The notes: generated by a model not told the origin, from the sequence alone. A stretch of 64,000 nt of DNA from an uncultured Alphaproteobacteria bacterium (GCA_902567635.1 CACFNV010000004.1:1483-65482), one strand, 5' to 3'. Positions 1-9,706 are shown, counted from the stretch's first letter. Program-made: numbers and translations.

Positions 1-1
1 C

Positions 2-1021
2 TCAAAACGCAGAGTTTCTATAAATTTTCCAGAGAAGAAATTTGAAAGGGCAATTTTGCTTGCAAAGGCCGAATACCTTGCAAGAAATATGATAAATATG
101 CCCGCAAATTTCTTTAATACTCAGCAACTAGCTGATTTGTGCAAAGACTTTGAAAAAATGCAAAGTGTTTCTGTATCAGAAATAGTTAGTGCAAGATTAT
201 TGAAGAAAAACTTTCCTTTAGTGCATGCTGTTGGAAGATCTTCGATTAATAAGCCTAGGTTTATAGAAATTAAATGGAAAAATAAACTCAAGTTTCCTGA
301 AATTGTCTTGGTGGGCAAAGGTGTTTGTTTTGACTCAGGAGGATTAAATCTTAAAACAAACTCTTCAATTTTATTAATGAAAAAAGATATGGGAGGCTCA
401 GCAAACGCCTTGGCCTTGGCCTATTTAATTATAAAGTTAAAGTTGAAGTTTAACTTAAGAGTTTTGATACCAATTGTAGAAAATTCTATATCTGAAAAAT
501 CCTTCAGACCTGGAGATATCTTAAAAAGTAGAAAAGGCTTAACTATTGAGGTAACAAACACAGATGCCGAGGGCAGATTGATACTGGCTGATGCTTTAGC
601 GTATGCAGACGAAAAGCTTCCTAAGATGGTAATCTCACTTGCAACTCTTACTGGAGCAGCGAGGGTAGCTGTGGGGTCTGAGATAGCGCCATTTTTTTCT
701 ACAAATAATGCAATTTCTAAGAAACTTGTAGAAGTTGGTGAAAAACACAAGGATTATGTATGGCCATTACCCTTTTTTGATGGATACAATAAACAATTAG
801 AATCTCCAATAGCTGATCTAATAAATGCTCCTTACTCACCGCCAACAGCGGGTGCTATAACTGCAGGGCTATTCTTAAAGAAGTTTGTAGATAACGCTAA
901 AGAATTTTTGCATTTCGATATTTATGCTTGGCAAAACTCAAGTGAACCAGGAAAATCAAAAGGAGGAAAGATGCAAGCAGTAAGAGCTCTTATAGAGTTT
1001 TTAGAGTCCTATCAAAAATAG
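2..1021 (+). CDS. M17 (leucyl/cytosol) aminopeptidase family protein, catalytic domain; 5' end runs off the window
   Basis: The frame is open from nt 2 to the listed TTG at 56, so the gene begins upstream of the window. NTDAEGRLILADAL matches the M17 active-site signature, and VGKGVCFDSGG is the metal-ligand region. Confidence 0.9.
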   Translation, partial: SKRRVSINFPEKKFERAILLAKAEYLARNMINMPANFFNTQQLADLCKDFEKMQSVSVSEIVSARLLKKNFPLVHAVGRSSINKPRFIEIKWKNKLKFPEIVLVGKGVCFDSGGLNLKTNSSILLMKKDMGGSANALALAYLIIKLKLKFNLRVLIPIVENSISEKSFRPGDILKSRKGLTIEVTNTDAEGRLILADALAYADEKLPKMVISLATLTGAARVAVGSEIAPFFSTNNAISKKLVEVGEKHKDYVWPLPFFDGYNKQLESPIADLINAPYSPPTAGAITAGLFLKKFVDNAKEFLHFDIYAWQNSSEPGKSKGGKMQAVRALIEFLESYQK

Positions 1022-1023
1022 AT

Positions 1024-1935
1024 TTAATTTTTTCTATTTATAATAAAGTGAGATATTTGTCGAAGATTATCAGCCTTATTTCCAAATATAGACAAAGCAT
1101 CACAAGCTTCCTCGACTAGGTTTTTATTTTTCTTAACTGCACCATCTAAACCTAAGTTTGATACAAAAGTAGCCTTATTTAGAGATTTATCTTTGCCGGC
1201 TTTCTTGCCTAAAATTTTACTTGTCCCAGTAACGTCAAGAATGTCATCTTGAATTTGGAAAGCCAATCCAATACATGAGGCAAATGTCTTAAAAGGAGAC
1301 CTGTCCTCTTCAGATAGGATTGCTCCTACCTCACAAGACCAACTTATTAGTTTGCCTGTTTTAAAAGACTGGAGGTTTTTTATTTTTTCAATAGTGATTT
1401 TCTTTTTTGAAGACTCTGCCTTTATGTCAAGAGCTTGACCCAGAACCATACCGGATGCCCCTGAATTCTTTGCAAGACTATAAATAAGCTCATTTTTAAT
1501 AAAGGGTTCAACTTTTAGATCTTCATCACTTAATATTTCAAAAGATAAGGTTTGCAAAGCGTCTCCTACCAATATAGCCGTTGGTTCGTCCCACTTTTTG
1601 TGAACTGTTGGCTTACCTCTCCTCAAGTCATCATTATCCATGGAAGGAAGGTCGTCATGAACCAAGGAGTAGGAATGCATACATTCAATTGCTAAAGCCG
1701 GATAAATAGATTTCTCAAGCTCTATATCAAAAATATTTGATGACTCAATGCAGAGAAGCGCTCTTAATCTTTTTCCTCCATTAAGTAGCGAATAGGATAT
1801 TGGTTCTGAAAGAATGCCAAAGTCTCTTTCACTTAATATACTTTTTAATTTTCTTTCAATATGATTCGAGTTTTCTTTTAATATTTTATCTACACGAGAT
1901 GAATTAAATATTACCTCAGCATTTTTATTTTTCAT
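1024..1935 (-). CDS. ispA: Farnesyl/geranyl diphosphate synthase (short-chain trans-polyprenyl diphosphate synthase)
   Basis: Both Asp-rich motifs are present (LVHDDLPSMDNDDLRRGKPT and FQIQDDILD). The gene overlaps the upstream xseB by 11 nt, as in xseB-ispA operons. Confidence 0.9.
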   Translation of the reverse strand: MKNKNAEVIFNSSRVDKILKENSNHIERKLKSILSERDFGILSEPISYSLLNGGKRLRALLCIESSNIFDIELEKSIYPALAIECMHSYSLVHDDLPSMDNDDLRRGKPTVHKKWDEPTAILVGDALQTLSFEILSDEDLKVEPFIKNELIYSLAKNSGASGMVLGQALDIKAESSKKKITIEKIKNLQSFKTGKLISWSCEVGAILSEEDRSPFKTFASCIGLAFQIQDDILDVTGTSKILGKKAGKDKSLNKATFVSNLGLDGAVKKNKNLVEEACDALSIFGNKADNLRQISHFIINRKN

Positions 1936-2170
1936 CTTCTTTTTTTAGCTCTTCAAATTCAAAAGTTTCCTTGTTAGTCACTTTTAGTATTTTAAGCTCT
2001 GCTGCTTTAAGTTGCTTTTCACAATGTGCTTTTAGCTCTGTTCCAATTTCATATGCTTCAATAGAATCTTCCAGACTAAGTTCTCCTGAGTCGAGATCCG
2101 ACACAATTTTTTCTAGCTCGTCTAAAGCCGCTTCAAATTTGAGTTCTTTTATCAAATTTCTTTTTATCAT
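1925..2170 (-). CDS. xseB: Exodeoxyribonuclease VII small subunit
   Basis: This is an 81-aa acidic coiled-coil protein (FEAALDELEKIV...LEDSIEAYEIG) lying directly upstream of ispA. Confidence 0.85.
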   Translation of the reverse strand: MIKRNLIKELKFEAALDELEKIVSDLDSGELSLEDSIEAYEIGTELKAHCEKQLKAAELKILKVTNKETFEFEELKKEDEK

Positions 2171-2264
2171 ACTAATCTTTTTTTGTTTATAATTATTAAT
2201 ATTAGTTTCTATTATAATATAGTCTTAAAATTAATTATCCATTTCATTTTTAACAAATAAAAAC

Positions 2265-3104
2265 TTGCCTGAGCTACCGGAAATAGAAACAATAAAAATT
2301 GGTTTGAGAGAGATAATATTTGGAAGGCAAATATTATCAGCAAGGGTAATTCGTAGGGACTTGAGGTTTCCTATTCCAAAAAACTTAGAAAAGATTGTTA
2401 GAAATTTGAAGATTTTGAATATTGAGAGAAGATCAAAGTACCTTTCTCTTTACTTAAGCAACAATTTTTCTCTAATATTTCATCTTGGTATGTCAGGAAA
2501 ATTAATCATCTCTTTTGGCAAAGATAATGAGGAACAGCAATTTCAAAAACATGATCACCTTATTTTTTTTCTAGAAGGTAAGACTAAATTAATCTTAAAT
2601 GACGCTCGTAGATTTGGATACGTAGATTTAATCAAAGATAAGCCAGAATTTTATCATAGGTTTAGCCACATTGGCCCCGAGCCTTTAGGGAAAAATTTTA
2701 ATAATACTTATCTAGAGGCAAAATTGAAAAATTCTGAAAGAAACATCAAAAATATTTTAATGGATCAAAAAATTGTGGCGGGGTTAGGTAATATATATGT
2801 AACTGAAGCGCTATGGGGAAGTAAGATAAGTCCAAGTAGATTAGGGAAAAATATCAATCAAGTAGACTGTAAAAATCTTATTAAATCGATTAAAAAGGTT
2901 TTAAAAAAAGCTATCAGTTATGGAGGTACTTCGTTAAAAGATTTTAGAAAAGTTGGAGGTGAGTTCGGATATTTCCAAAACAAGCTTAATGCGTATGGAA
3001 AAGAGAAAAAGAAATGTTCTCGAATAAAATGCCAAGGTGAAATAAGCAAGGTCTTTATAAGTGGAAGATCAAGCTTCTTTTGTACAATTTGCCAGAAAAA
3101 ATAA
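2265..3104 (+). CDS. mutM: Formamidopyrimidine-DNA glycosylase
   Basis: A TTG start gives (M)PELPEIET, with the catalytic Pro2/Glu3. An H2TH region (GLGNIYVTEALW) and a C-terminal Cys4 zinc finger (CSRIKCQ...FFCTICQ) are also present. Confidence 0.9.
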   Translation: MPELPEIETIKIGLREIIFGRQILSARVIRRDLRFPIPKNLEKIVRNLKILNIERRSKYLSLYLSNNFSLIFHLGMSGKLIISFGKDNEEQQFQKHDHLIFFLEGKTKLILNDARRFGYVDLIKDKPEFYHRFSHIGPEPLGKNFNNTYLEAKLKNSERNIKNILMDQKIVAGLGNIYVTEALWGSKISPSRLGKNINQVDCKNLIKSIKKVLKKAISYGGTSLKDFRKVGGEFGYFQNKLNAYGKEKKKCSRIKCQGEISKVFISGRSSFFCTICQKK

Positions 3105-3174
3105 ATTATTTTTCTTGAAAATAAATTAGAACAAAATAAAAAGGTTATCTTGATGGAATCTTGGAGATTTACTT

Positions 3175-3951
3175 ATGGCTTATGAAACACTTATTATTGA
3201 ACATGAAGAGCCGGTATTAATAGTTAGGCTTAACCGTCCAGATGCATTGAACGCTCTAAATAACAAGCTTTTAGAAGAACTAAGCATGATTATGGAAGAT
3301 GCAGATAAAAATGACTCAATAAGAGTTATTATTTTAACTGGATCCAAAAAAGCATTTGCTGCAGGAGCAGACATAAAAGAAATGATGGCAAAAGGTTTTG
3401 TTGATATGTTTCATAATAATTTTTTCTCTAATCACTTGGATAGAATACAATCAACCAGAAAACCAATAATAGCTGCTGTAGCCGGCTATGCTTTAGGAGG
3501 TGGATGTGAACTTGCTATGAGATGTGATTTTATTTTAGCAGCTGATAACGCAAAGTTTGGGCAGCCAGAGATAAATTTAGGGGTGATGGCGGGTTTTGGC
3601 GGAACCCAACTTCTATCTAAATTTGTTGGTAAAGCAAAGTCTATGGAAATGCATTTGACGGGAAGACATATGGATGCTGAAGAAGCTGAGAGAGCTGGTC
3701 TGGTTAGTAGAATTGTTCCGGCTGATGATTTGATTAAGGAGGCTACAGCTACAGCCTTGAAGATTGCTGAAAAATCAATGCTTTCATGCCTTGCAATTAA
3801 AGAGTCAATCAATCGATCTTTTGAGTTGGGGCTAACAGAGGGAACACTTTTTGAGAGAAGATTATTCAATGCTCTTTTCTCTACTGAAGATAAAAAAGAA
3901 GGAATGTCTGCTTTTATTGAAAAAAGAACTCCAAAGTTTAAGGACAAATAG
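3175..3951 (+). CDS. Enoyl-CoA hydratase (crotonase family)
   Basis: The crotonase signature region AAVAGYALGGGCELAMRCD is present, along with the oxyanion-hole segment FAAGADIKEM. The length is 258 aa. Confidence 0.85.
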   Translation: MAYETLIIEHEEPVLIVRLNRPDALNALNNKLLEELSMIMEDADKNDSIRVIILTGSKKAFAAGADIKEMMAKGFVDMFHNNFFSNHLDRIQSTRKPIIAAVAGYALGGGCELAMRCDFILAADNAKFGQPEINLGVMAGFGGTQLLSKFVGKAKSMEMHLTGRHMDAEEAERAGLVSRIVPADDLIKEATATALKIAEKSMLSCLAIKESINRSFELGLTEGTLFERRLFNALFSTEDKKEGMSAFIEKRTPKFKDK

Positions 3952-3960
3952 TTAAGCATA

Positions 3961-3989
3961 TTGACAATGACCATAAGGTTGTGTAATTG
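3961..3989 (+). promoter_or_regulatory. Candidate sigma70-type promoter for rpsT
   Basis: TTGACA (3961-3966) is followed by a 17-nt spacer and TAATTG (3984-3989). An AAGGAG Shine-Dalgarno site sits at 3997-4002, 10 nt before the ATG at 4013. In AT-rich DNA such matches can arise by chance. Confidence 0.35.
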
Positions 3990-4012
3990 AGAATTGAAGG
4001 AGCGAATTAGGA

Positions 4013-4285
4013 ATGCCAAATAAAGAGTCCGCAAAAAAGCGTTTGAGACAGACAGCAAAAAAAACGCTGGAAAACAAAAATAGGAAAACTCGAATAAAGA
4101 CCCACATAAAAAGGGTGGAAGAAGCTATTGGTTCAGGTAAACAAGAAATCGCCAATAGGGCTCTAAAGGAAGCACAGTCTGAAATAATGAGAGGTGTTTC
4201 AAAAGGCGTTTTGCACAAAAATACTGCAGGTAGAAAAGTTTCTAGACTAAACGCGAAAGTAAAATCACTTAAAAAGGCTAGCTAG
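4013..4285 (+). CDS. rpsT: 30S ribosomal protein S20
   Basis: This is a 90-aa, highly basic protein. The N-terminal PNKESAKKRLRQ matches the conserved S20 start (ANxKSAxKR). Confidence 0.9.
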   Translation: MPNKESAKKRLRQTAKKTLENKNRKTRIKTHIKRVEEAIGSGKQEIANRALKEAQSEIMRGVSKGVLHKNTAGRKVSRLNAKVKSLKKAS

Positions 4286-4413
4286 AATTTTTTTTTGGCT
4301 ATTGATAGATTCTATAAGGAGGTTTATCGTAAATATACATGGTGACCAAATGATTCTTAATTTACAGAGATAATTTTGGTTTCTCGGTAAACAAGGCGTT
4401 CACTATACTTTTC

Positions 4414-4857
4414 ATGGTTGTTAATTTGGTTAAAGAAATCACATCTTCTGAGGCTTTTTTGATGTTAAAAAAAGATTCTGATAGTAGGTTAGTAGATGTT
4501 AGAACAGAAAAAGAGATTTTTTCTGTAGGTTTTCCAGACCTTGGAAGCATTGGTAAGAAAGTAAGTTTTATTGAGTGGGAACAAAGTTTTTTTTCTAACA
4601 GTAGAAAGAGATTCCTAGAAAAATTTAGGGAAAAATTTGGGAGTGATACAACAGGTAACTTCATGTTCATCTGTAAATCTGGAATTAGATCAAATTTTGC
4701 TGCATTAACAGTGGAAGAATCAAATAATTCCAGTAATGATGTAATAAGATTATATAACATTGCTGATGGATTTGAAGGAAATACTGTCTCACAAGAAATA
4801 GACAATAAAAAAAATGGGTGGAAGTTTCTTGGATTGCCCTGGAAAAAACCCGAATAG
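4414..4857 (+). CDS. Single-domain rhodanese-like sulfurtransferase
   Basis: LVDVRTEKE is the rhodanese N-terminal motif and CKSGIRS is a Cys-X5-Arg-type active-site loop. The gene sits between rpsT and dnaA. Confidence 0.7.
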   Translation: MVVNLVKEITSSEAFLMLKKDSDSRLVDVRTEKEIFSVGFPDLGSIGKKVSFIEWEQSFFSNSRKRFLEKFREKFGSDTTGNFMFICKSGIRSNFAALTVEESNNSSNDVIRLYNIADGFEGNTVSQEIDNKKNGWKFLGLPWKKPE

Positions 4858-4871
4858 GTGAATTTAGAGTT

Positions 4872-6236
4872 ATGGAAAACGATAGATGGCTAAAAGTTAA
4901 AGAGTTTGTAAAGGAAAATGTGGGTGAAAGCGCTCATGCAAACTGGATACAGCCAATAGAATTGAAAGAGATTAAAAACTCTGTAGCGAAATTTTTGGTG
5001 CCCACTCGGTTCATTGGAACATGGGTACACAGAAATTATGGAGACTATATTCTGCAAGGTTTTAAGGCCCAAAACGTAAAAATAGATAGATTAGAATTTG
5101 TTACTTTGAATTTAGAAAATAAAAATAATAGTAAAAATCAAAAAAACATAAAATCTGATACATATAAAGAGAATTTAGAAGAGAAAGACTTAATTCTTCC
5201 CAGTTCTCCTTTGGATGAAAGGTTTACTTTTGATAGGTTCGTTGTCGGAAAGCCCAATGAGCTTGCTCATGCAGCAGCCAAAAGAGTTTCGGATGGAGGT
5301 AAGGTAACCTTTAACCCTCTATTTTTATATGGTGGAGTGGGTCTTGGAAAAACGCATTTGATGCATTCTATAGCTTGGTCAATAAAACAAAAAAATAATA
5401 AGGCGCGTGTCCTATACCTATCAGCGGAACAATTTATGTACAGATTTGTTCAAGCTCTTAGGTTTAAAGATATGCATGCATTTAAAAAATTATTTAGATC
5501 AGTAGATGTTTTGATGGTAGATGACGTTCAATTTATCGCTGGAAAAGATTCTACACAAGATGAGTTCTTCCATACTTTTAATGCTTTGTGCGAACAGGGA
5601 AAACAAATTGTTATTTCGGCAGATAGAGCGCCAGGTGAGATTGATGGCTTGGAGGAAAGGATTAAATCGAGGTTGGCATGGGGATTGGTAGTTGACGTTC
5701 ACCCCACTGACTATGAATTGAGATTAGGAATTTTACAAGCTAAGGCTGAGATTCAGATGGAGCTTAATAAAGATGTTAAAATAGGTGAGGGAATACTAGA
5801 GTATTTAGCCCATAGAATTTCCTCTAATGTTCGTGTTTTAGAAGGAGCATTAACAAGGTTATTTGCATTTGCTTCTCTAGTAGGAAAAGAGATAAGTATT
5901 GACTTAGTTCAAGAGTGTCTCTCTGACATATTGAGAACTTCAGAGCGAAAAGTGACAATTGAAGAAATAATAAGAAAAGTTTCTGATCATTATAATTTAA
6001 GAATGTCTGATTTAGTTTCTGCAAGGAGAGCTAGATCTGTAGCTAGACCCAGGCAAATAGCTATGTTTCTTTCAAAGAACCTTACATCAAAGTCTTTGCC
6101 AGAAATTGGAAGAAGGTTTGGAGGAAGGGACCATACCACAGTTATTCACGCTATCAGAAAAATAGAAGAATTGAAAATGACTGATGTTCAAATAGCTGAC
6201 GAAGTAGAGATTCTCCGTAGAACCCTTGAAGCTTGA
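4872..6236 (+). CDS. dnaA: Chromosomal replication initiator DnaA
   Basis: Walker A GGVGLGKTHL is present, as is the domain IV signature IGRRFGGRDHTTVIHAIRKI. I prefer the ATG at 4872 (MENDRWLKVKEF...) because the GTG at 4818 would overlap the upstream gene. Confidence 0.95.
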   Translation: MENDRWLKVKEFVKENVGESAHANWIQPIELKEIKNSVAKFLVPTRFIGTWVHRNYGDYILQGFKAQNVKIDRLEFVTLNLENKNNSKNQKNIKSDTYKENLEEKDLILPSSPLDERFTFDRFVVGKPNELAHAAAKRVSDGGKVTFNPLFLYGGVGLGKTHLMHSIAWSIKQKNNKARVLYLSAEQFMYRFVQALRFKDMHAFKKLFRSVDVLMVDDVQFIAGKDSTQDEFFHTFNALCEQGKQIVISADRAPGEIDGLEERIKSRLAWGLVVDVHPTDYELRLGILQAKAEIQMELNKDVKIGEGILEYLAHRISSNVRVLEGALTRLFAFASLVGKEISIDLVQECLSDILRTSERKVTIEEIIRKVSDHYNLRMSDLVSARRARSVARPRQIAMFLSKNLTSKSLPEIGRRFGGRDHTTVIHAIRKIEELKMTDVQIADEVEILRRTLEA

Positions 6237-6328
6237 TTATACTTATTTTAGTTGTTTTAAACTCTTAAATAATTAAAATGGGTAAATAAGGTGTCTGACA
6301 TTACAAATAATCATTTAGCGAAAGACAA

Positions 6329-7447
6329 ATGAAAATAAGTGTTGAGAGAAACGATTTGTTTAAAGCTATGGGAAGAGCTCAATCCATAGTCGAGAGAAGA
6401 ACCACAATACCTATACTGTCTAATGTGCTTATTGAGGCCAAAGAAAATTTCATCAGTTTAAGAGCTACAGATCTTGACATTGAGCTTACCGACAAAGTCA
6501 CGGCTATTGTTGAAAAACCGGGTTCAGTTACAGTAGGAGCTCACACCTTTTATGAGATTCTTAGAAAGTTGCCTGATGGATCCAGAGTTTTAATTGATTT
6601 AGACCCTCTAAATGAAAAAATAAACATAGCGGCGGGTCGCTCAAGGTTTTCGTTAACTACAATTGCTGTTGATGATTTTCCTATTATGGCCTCATCTGAA
6701 TATGATTTTACATTCTCAATAAACGCCAATTCACTAAAAAGACTTTTTGATAAAGTGAAGTTTGCTATGTCAATGGAGGAAACAAGGTTTTACCTTAACG
6801 GCGTTTATCTTCACGAATTTGTAGAAAATGAAAAGAGTTATATAAGAACTGTAGCTACAGATGGGCACAGATTAGCTAAGATAGATTCTGATTTGCCAGA
6901 TGGAGCAAGCGGTATTCCAGGAGTTATAGTGCCTAGGAAAACAGTTTCTGAATTAAGAATGATTTATGAAACAAGTGAAGATATCGTGACTGTATCTATT
7001 TCAGAAACTAAAATAAGGTTTTCTACACCTAAGTTAATTTTAACATCTAAAGTGGTAGATGGTACTTTTCCTGATTACGATAGAGTAATTCCCAAAAATA
7101 ACAGTAAGAAGTTAATTATAGATGCCTCTGAATTTTCTCAATCAGTTGACAGAGTTGCTACAGTATCTTCTGAAAGAGCAAGAGCTGTAAAACTTTCTCT
7201 CAGTTCAGATAAATTGATATTGTCAGTTAACGCACCTGAGACTGGGTTAGCAACTGAGGAGATACCAATTTCTTACTCAGGTGAAGAAATAGAGATTGGG
7301 TTTAATGCAAAATATCTTCAAGAGATTGCCGGGCAAGTGGAAAAAGGAGAAGCAGTTTTTCTTTTTAATGAAGTAGGAGATCCTGCTTTAATGAAGGACA
7401 GTAGCGATGAAACTGCAGTTTTTGTTGTTATGCCTATGCGTGTCTAA
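6329..7447 (+). CDS. dnaN: DNA polymerase III beta sliding clamp
   Basis: The 372-aa protein has a typical N-terminus (MKISVERNDL...ILSNVLIEA) and the motifs ATDGHRLA and FPDYDRVIP. It occupies the position between dnaA and recF. Confidence 0.95.
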   Translation: MKISVERNDLFKAMGRAQSIVERRTTIPILSNVLIEAKENFISLRATDLDIELTDKVTAIVEKPGSVTVGAHTFYEILRKLPDGSRVLIDLDPLNEKINIAAGRSRFSLTTIAVDDFPIMASSEYDFTFSINANSLKRLFDKVKFAMSMEETRFYLNGVYLHEFVENEKSYIRTVATDGHRLAKIDSDLPDGASGIPGVIVPRKTVSELRMIYETSEDIVTVSISETKIRFSTPKLILTSKVVDGTFPDYDRVIPKNNSKKLIIDASEFSQSVDRVATVSSERARAVKLSLSSDKLILSVNAPETGLATEEIPISYSGEEIEIGFNAKYLQEIAGQVEKGEAVFLFNEVGDPALMKDSSDETAVFVVMPMRV

Positions 7448-7463
7448 CCAAAAATAGCAAGAA

Positions 7464-8543
7464 ATGAAATCTGTTGGCATAGAGAAACTAAAGTTAGTCA
7501 ACTTTAGGTCTTACAAGAGTGCTGAAGTGGAATTTTCAAACTTATCAGCAATAATATTTGGGAAAAATGGGGTAGGCAAAACTAATTTGCTAGAAGCAAT
7601 ATCACTTTTATATTCGGGTAAGGGATTAAGAAGAGCAAATTTTGCTGAAATGACAAAAATCCCTGAAAATGATATCTGGAAAATAGAGGCACTCTGTAAG
7701 CAGGATAATAACTTTTTTGAGATAGAGACTTTTAGTAATGGTCAAGGAAGAGAAGTATATTTAGATGGAAAAAAAACATCTCAACAATCTCTAGGTAATT
7801 ATTTGAAAATGGTTTGGTTTCTTCCTCCTATGGATAGGATTTGGTTGGAAGGATCAAAAGATAGACGCAAATTTCTAGATAGGATGGTTTTTAGTATTGA
7901 TACAAATCACGCAAAAGACTGTAGGCAATATGAGAAGCTATTAAGAGAGAGAAACAGATTGCTAAAAGATAAAATTACAGATGAATCATGGTATATCGCT
8001 ATAGAACAGCAAATGGCAAATATAGGTTACAATATTGATATTTCTAGAAGACGGTTTATAGAAACGCTCAACAGAAATTTGAAAGAAGAAAGCATCTATT
8101 TCCCAGCTATTAAGTTATTTCTTCCAAGTGAACCTTGGGAAAGTGAAGACAAATTGATGAATGAATATAGTGAAAATAGAAGAAAAGATTTGTTAGCTGG
8201 TAGAACAAATGTTGGCCCCCATTCCACAGATATTAAAGGGTTTTACATAGAAAAGGATATTGAAACAAAATATTGCTCAACAGGAGAACAGAAACTCTCG
8301 ATTATTTCAATACTTTTAGCAAATGCCAGATTAATAAAAGAAAAAATAGGTATAAATCCAATTCTAATTTTGGACGAAATCACTGCACATTTAGATGAAA
8401 AAAAAAGAGAATATCTTTTTGAAGAGATTTTGGCTCTAGAGAGTCAATTTTTTATTTCCGGGACAGAGTTGGAGATATTCCGCTCTATTTCTAAAAAAGC
8501 TAAAGTACTTGAATTGATCTTGGATGGAGAAATAAGAATCTAA
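7464..8543 (+). CDS. recF: DNA replication and repair protein RecF
   Basis: The ABC/SMC-like Walker A GKNGVGKTNLLEAI, the signature STGEQK and the Walker B ILILDEITAHLD are present. The gene follows dnaN. Confidence 0.9.
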   Translation: MKSVGIEKLKLVNFRSYKSAEVEFSNLSAIIFGKNGVGKTNLLEAISLLYSGKGLRRANFAEMTKIPENDIWKIEALCKQDNNFFEIETFSNGQGREVYLDGKKTSQQSLGNYLKMVWFLPPMDRIWLEGSKDRRKFLDRMVFSIDTNHAKDCRQYEKLLRERNRLLKDKITDESWYIAIEQQMANIGYNIDISRRRFIETLNRNLKEESIYFPAIKLFLPSEPWESEDKLMNEYSENRRKDLLAGRTNVGPHSTDIKGFYIEKDIETKYCSTGEQKLSIISILLANARLIKEKIGINPILILDEITAHLDEKKREYLFEEILALESQFFISGTELEIFRSISKKAKVLELILDGEIRI

Positions 8544-9691
8544 TTTTTTTCAAAAAAAGGACAGTCTTTGATAATATCTCTTCCAACCATATTGATATCT
8601 CTTTTTCCGCAAAGAGCCATAGTCATATCTAATTCTTTATTTAATATCTCCAAAGATTTTTTTACTCCATTTTTTCCGTCAGCAGATAATCCATAGACGT
8701 AAGATCTTCCAATAAGAACCCCATCAGCCCCAAGAGCGATTGCTTTTAATATATCTTGACCAGATCTAATACCACCATCAAAAAATATTTCTGTTTTCGA
8801 AATATTTTTCTTTATTTCTGGAAGCATTGAAATTGAACTATTAGCCCCGTCAAGTTGCCTTCCCCCATGATTTGAAACGACGATAGCATCGGCACCATTA
8901 TCTTCTGCAAGCTTGGCGTCCTCTGGGTCCATTATACCTTTTAAAATTAGTTTGCCTCCCCACCAATCCTTTATTCTTTTTATGTCGTCCCAGTTTAGTC
9001 TTGTATCAAATTGATTTTGGACCCAAGTGGTAAGAGAGCTCAAATTATTAATATCTTTAACATGACCCATAATATTCCCGAATGTTCGGTTTTTTGTCAT
9101 AGCCATTTTATAACACCAGCCTGGTTTAGATATAAGATCGGCAATATTTGACATTTTTACTTTAATTGGGATCGACAGACCATTTCTAACGTCTGCGTGT
9201 CTTTGCCCCAAAATTTGTAAATCTAAAGTAAGGACTAAAGCTGAACATCCTGCAGCTTTAGCTCTTTTTACCAGTCTTTTAGCAAAATCATGATCCCTCA
9301 TAACATAGAGTTGAAACCAGAATGGTTTTGCAGTCTTTTTAGCAACCTCTTCAATAGAGCATATTGACATTGTAGATAAAGTAAAAGGAACTCCGTGGCG
9401 TTCCGCTGCTTGTGCTGCTAAAATTTCCCCATCTGCTCTTTGCATGCCAAGCAAACCAACAGGTGCTAACGCTACTGGCATTGAGTAGTTTGAACCAAGA
9501 AGGTTTTTAGAGGTACTTCTATTGGATATATCTACAGCAACTCTCTGTCTGAAGGATATTTTATCAAAGTCTTCTGAGTTTTTCCGAAGCGTGGTCTCTG
9601 ACCATGAGCCTGAAGTCACATAATCATGGAATGCCTTTGGTGTCTTTCTTTTAGCTTTTTTTTTGAAATCATCTATTGTTAAAAATGGCAC
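8540..9691 (-). CDS. FMN-dependent alpha-hydroxy-acid dehydrogenase/oxidase (LldD / glycolate-oxidase family)
   Basis: The family signature SNHGGRQLD and the FQLYV motif are present. The protein is 383 aa and is the last gene of the SBP56 operon. Confidence 0.85.
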   Translation of the reverse strand: MPFLTIDDFKKKAKRKTPKAFHDYVTSGSWSETTLRKNSEDFDKISFRQRVAVDISNRSTSKNLLGSNYSMPVALAPVGLLGMQRADGEILAAQAAERHGVPFTLSTMSICSIEEVAKKTAKPFWFQLYVMRDHDFAKRLVKRAKAAGCSALVLTLDLQILGQRHADVRNGLSIPIKVKMSNIADLISKPGWCYKMAMTKNRTFGNIMGHVKDINNLSSLTTWVQNQFDTRLNWDDIKRIKDWWGGKLILKGIMDPEDAKLAEDNGADAIVVSNHGGRQLDGANSSISMLPEIKKNISKTEIFFDGGIRSGQDILKAIALGADGVLIGRSYVYGLSADGKNGVKKSLEILNKELDMTMALCGKRDINMVGRDIIKDCPFFEKN

Positions 9692-9706
9692 ATTTTTCTC
9701 TCTTAT

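Noticed and set aside
2228-2248. A shared 17-18-nt word, TTAATTATCCATTTCAT upstream of mutM and TTAATTAATCCATTTCAT at 19160-19177
   Set aside because: There are only two copies, they differ by an indel, and they sit at different distances and orientations relative to the nearest starts. The second copy includes the start codon of the gene at 19158. In about 30% G+C DNA a shared AT-rich 10-mer core is close to the chance expectation.
3486-4058. A 190-aa antisense ORF over the enoyl-CoA hydratase gene, and similar shadows at 421-750, 25392-25799, 39373-39786, 40045-40407, 43482-43817, 52394-52756 and 54607-54930
   Set aside because: All lie fully inside strongly supported genes on the opposite strand. 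They translate to low-complexity Ser/Leu/Ile-rich strings without motifs.
4362-4805. A 147-aa antisense ORF of exactly the same length as the rhodanese-like gene (4414-4857) on the other strand
   Set aside because: The antisense frame meets a stop only where a sense codon ending in T or C is followed by Tyr, or one ending in T by His or Gln. The sense protein has one Tyr, two Gln and no His, none in that context. The open antisense frame is therefore an expected shadow, and it has no motif of its own.
4818-4871. The upstream GTG start for dnaA given in the ORF track
   Set aside because: It would overlap the preceding gene by 40 nt and add 18 residues with no counterpart in DnaA N-termini. 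MENDRWLKVKEF... at 4872 fits the family.
8397-8406. A10 homopolymer runs inside coding regions (recF 8397-8406, esterase 14524-14533), considered as possible phase-variation or frameshift sites
   Set aside because: The reading frames are intact on both sides. The runs encode Lys-Lys-Lys in a Lys-rich, AT-biased proteome, and there is no sign of truncated products.
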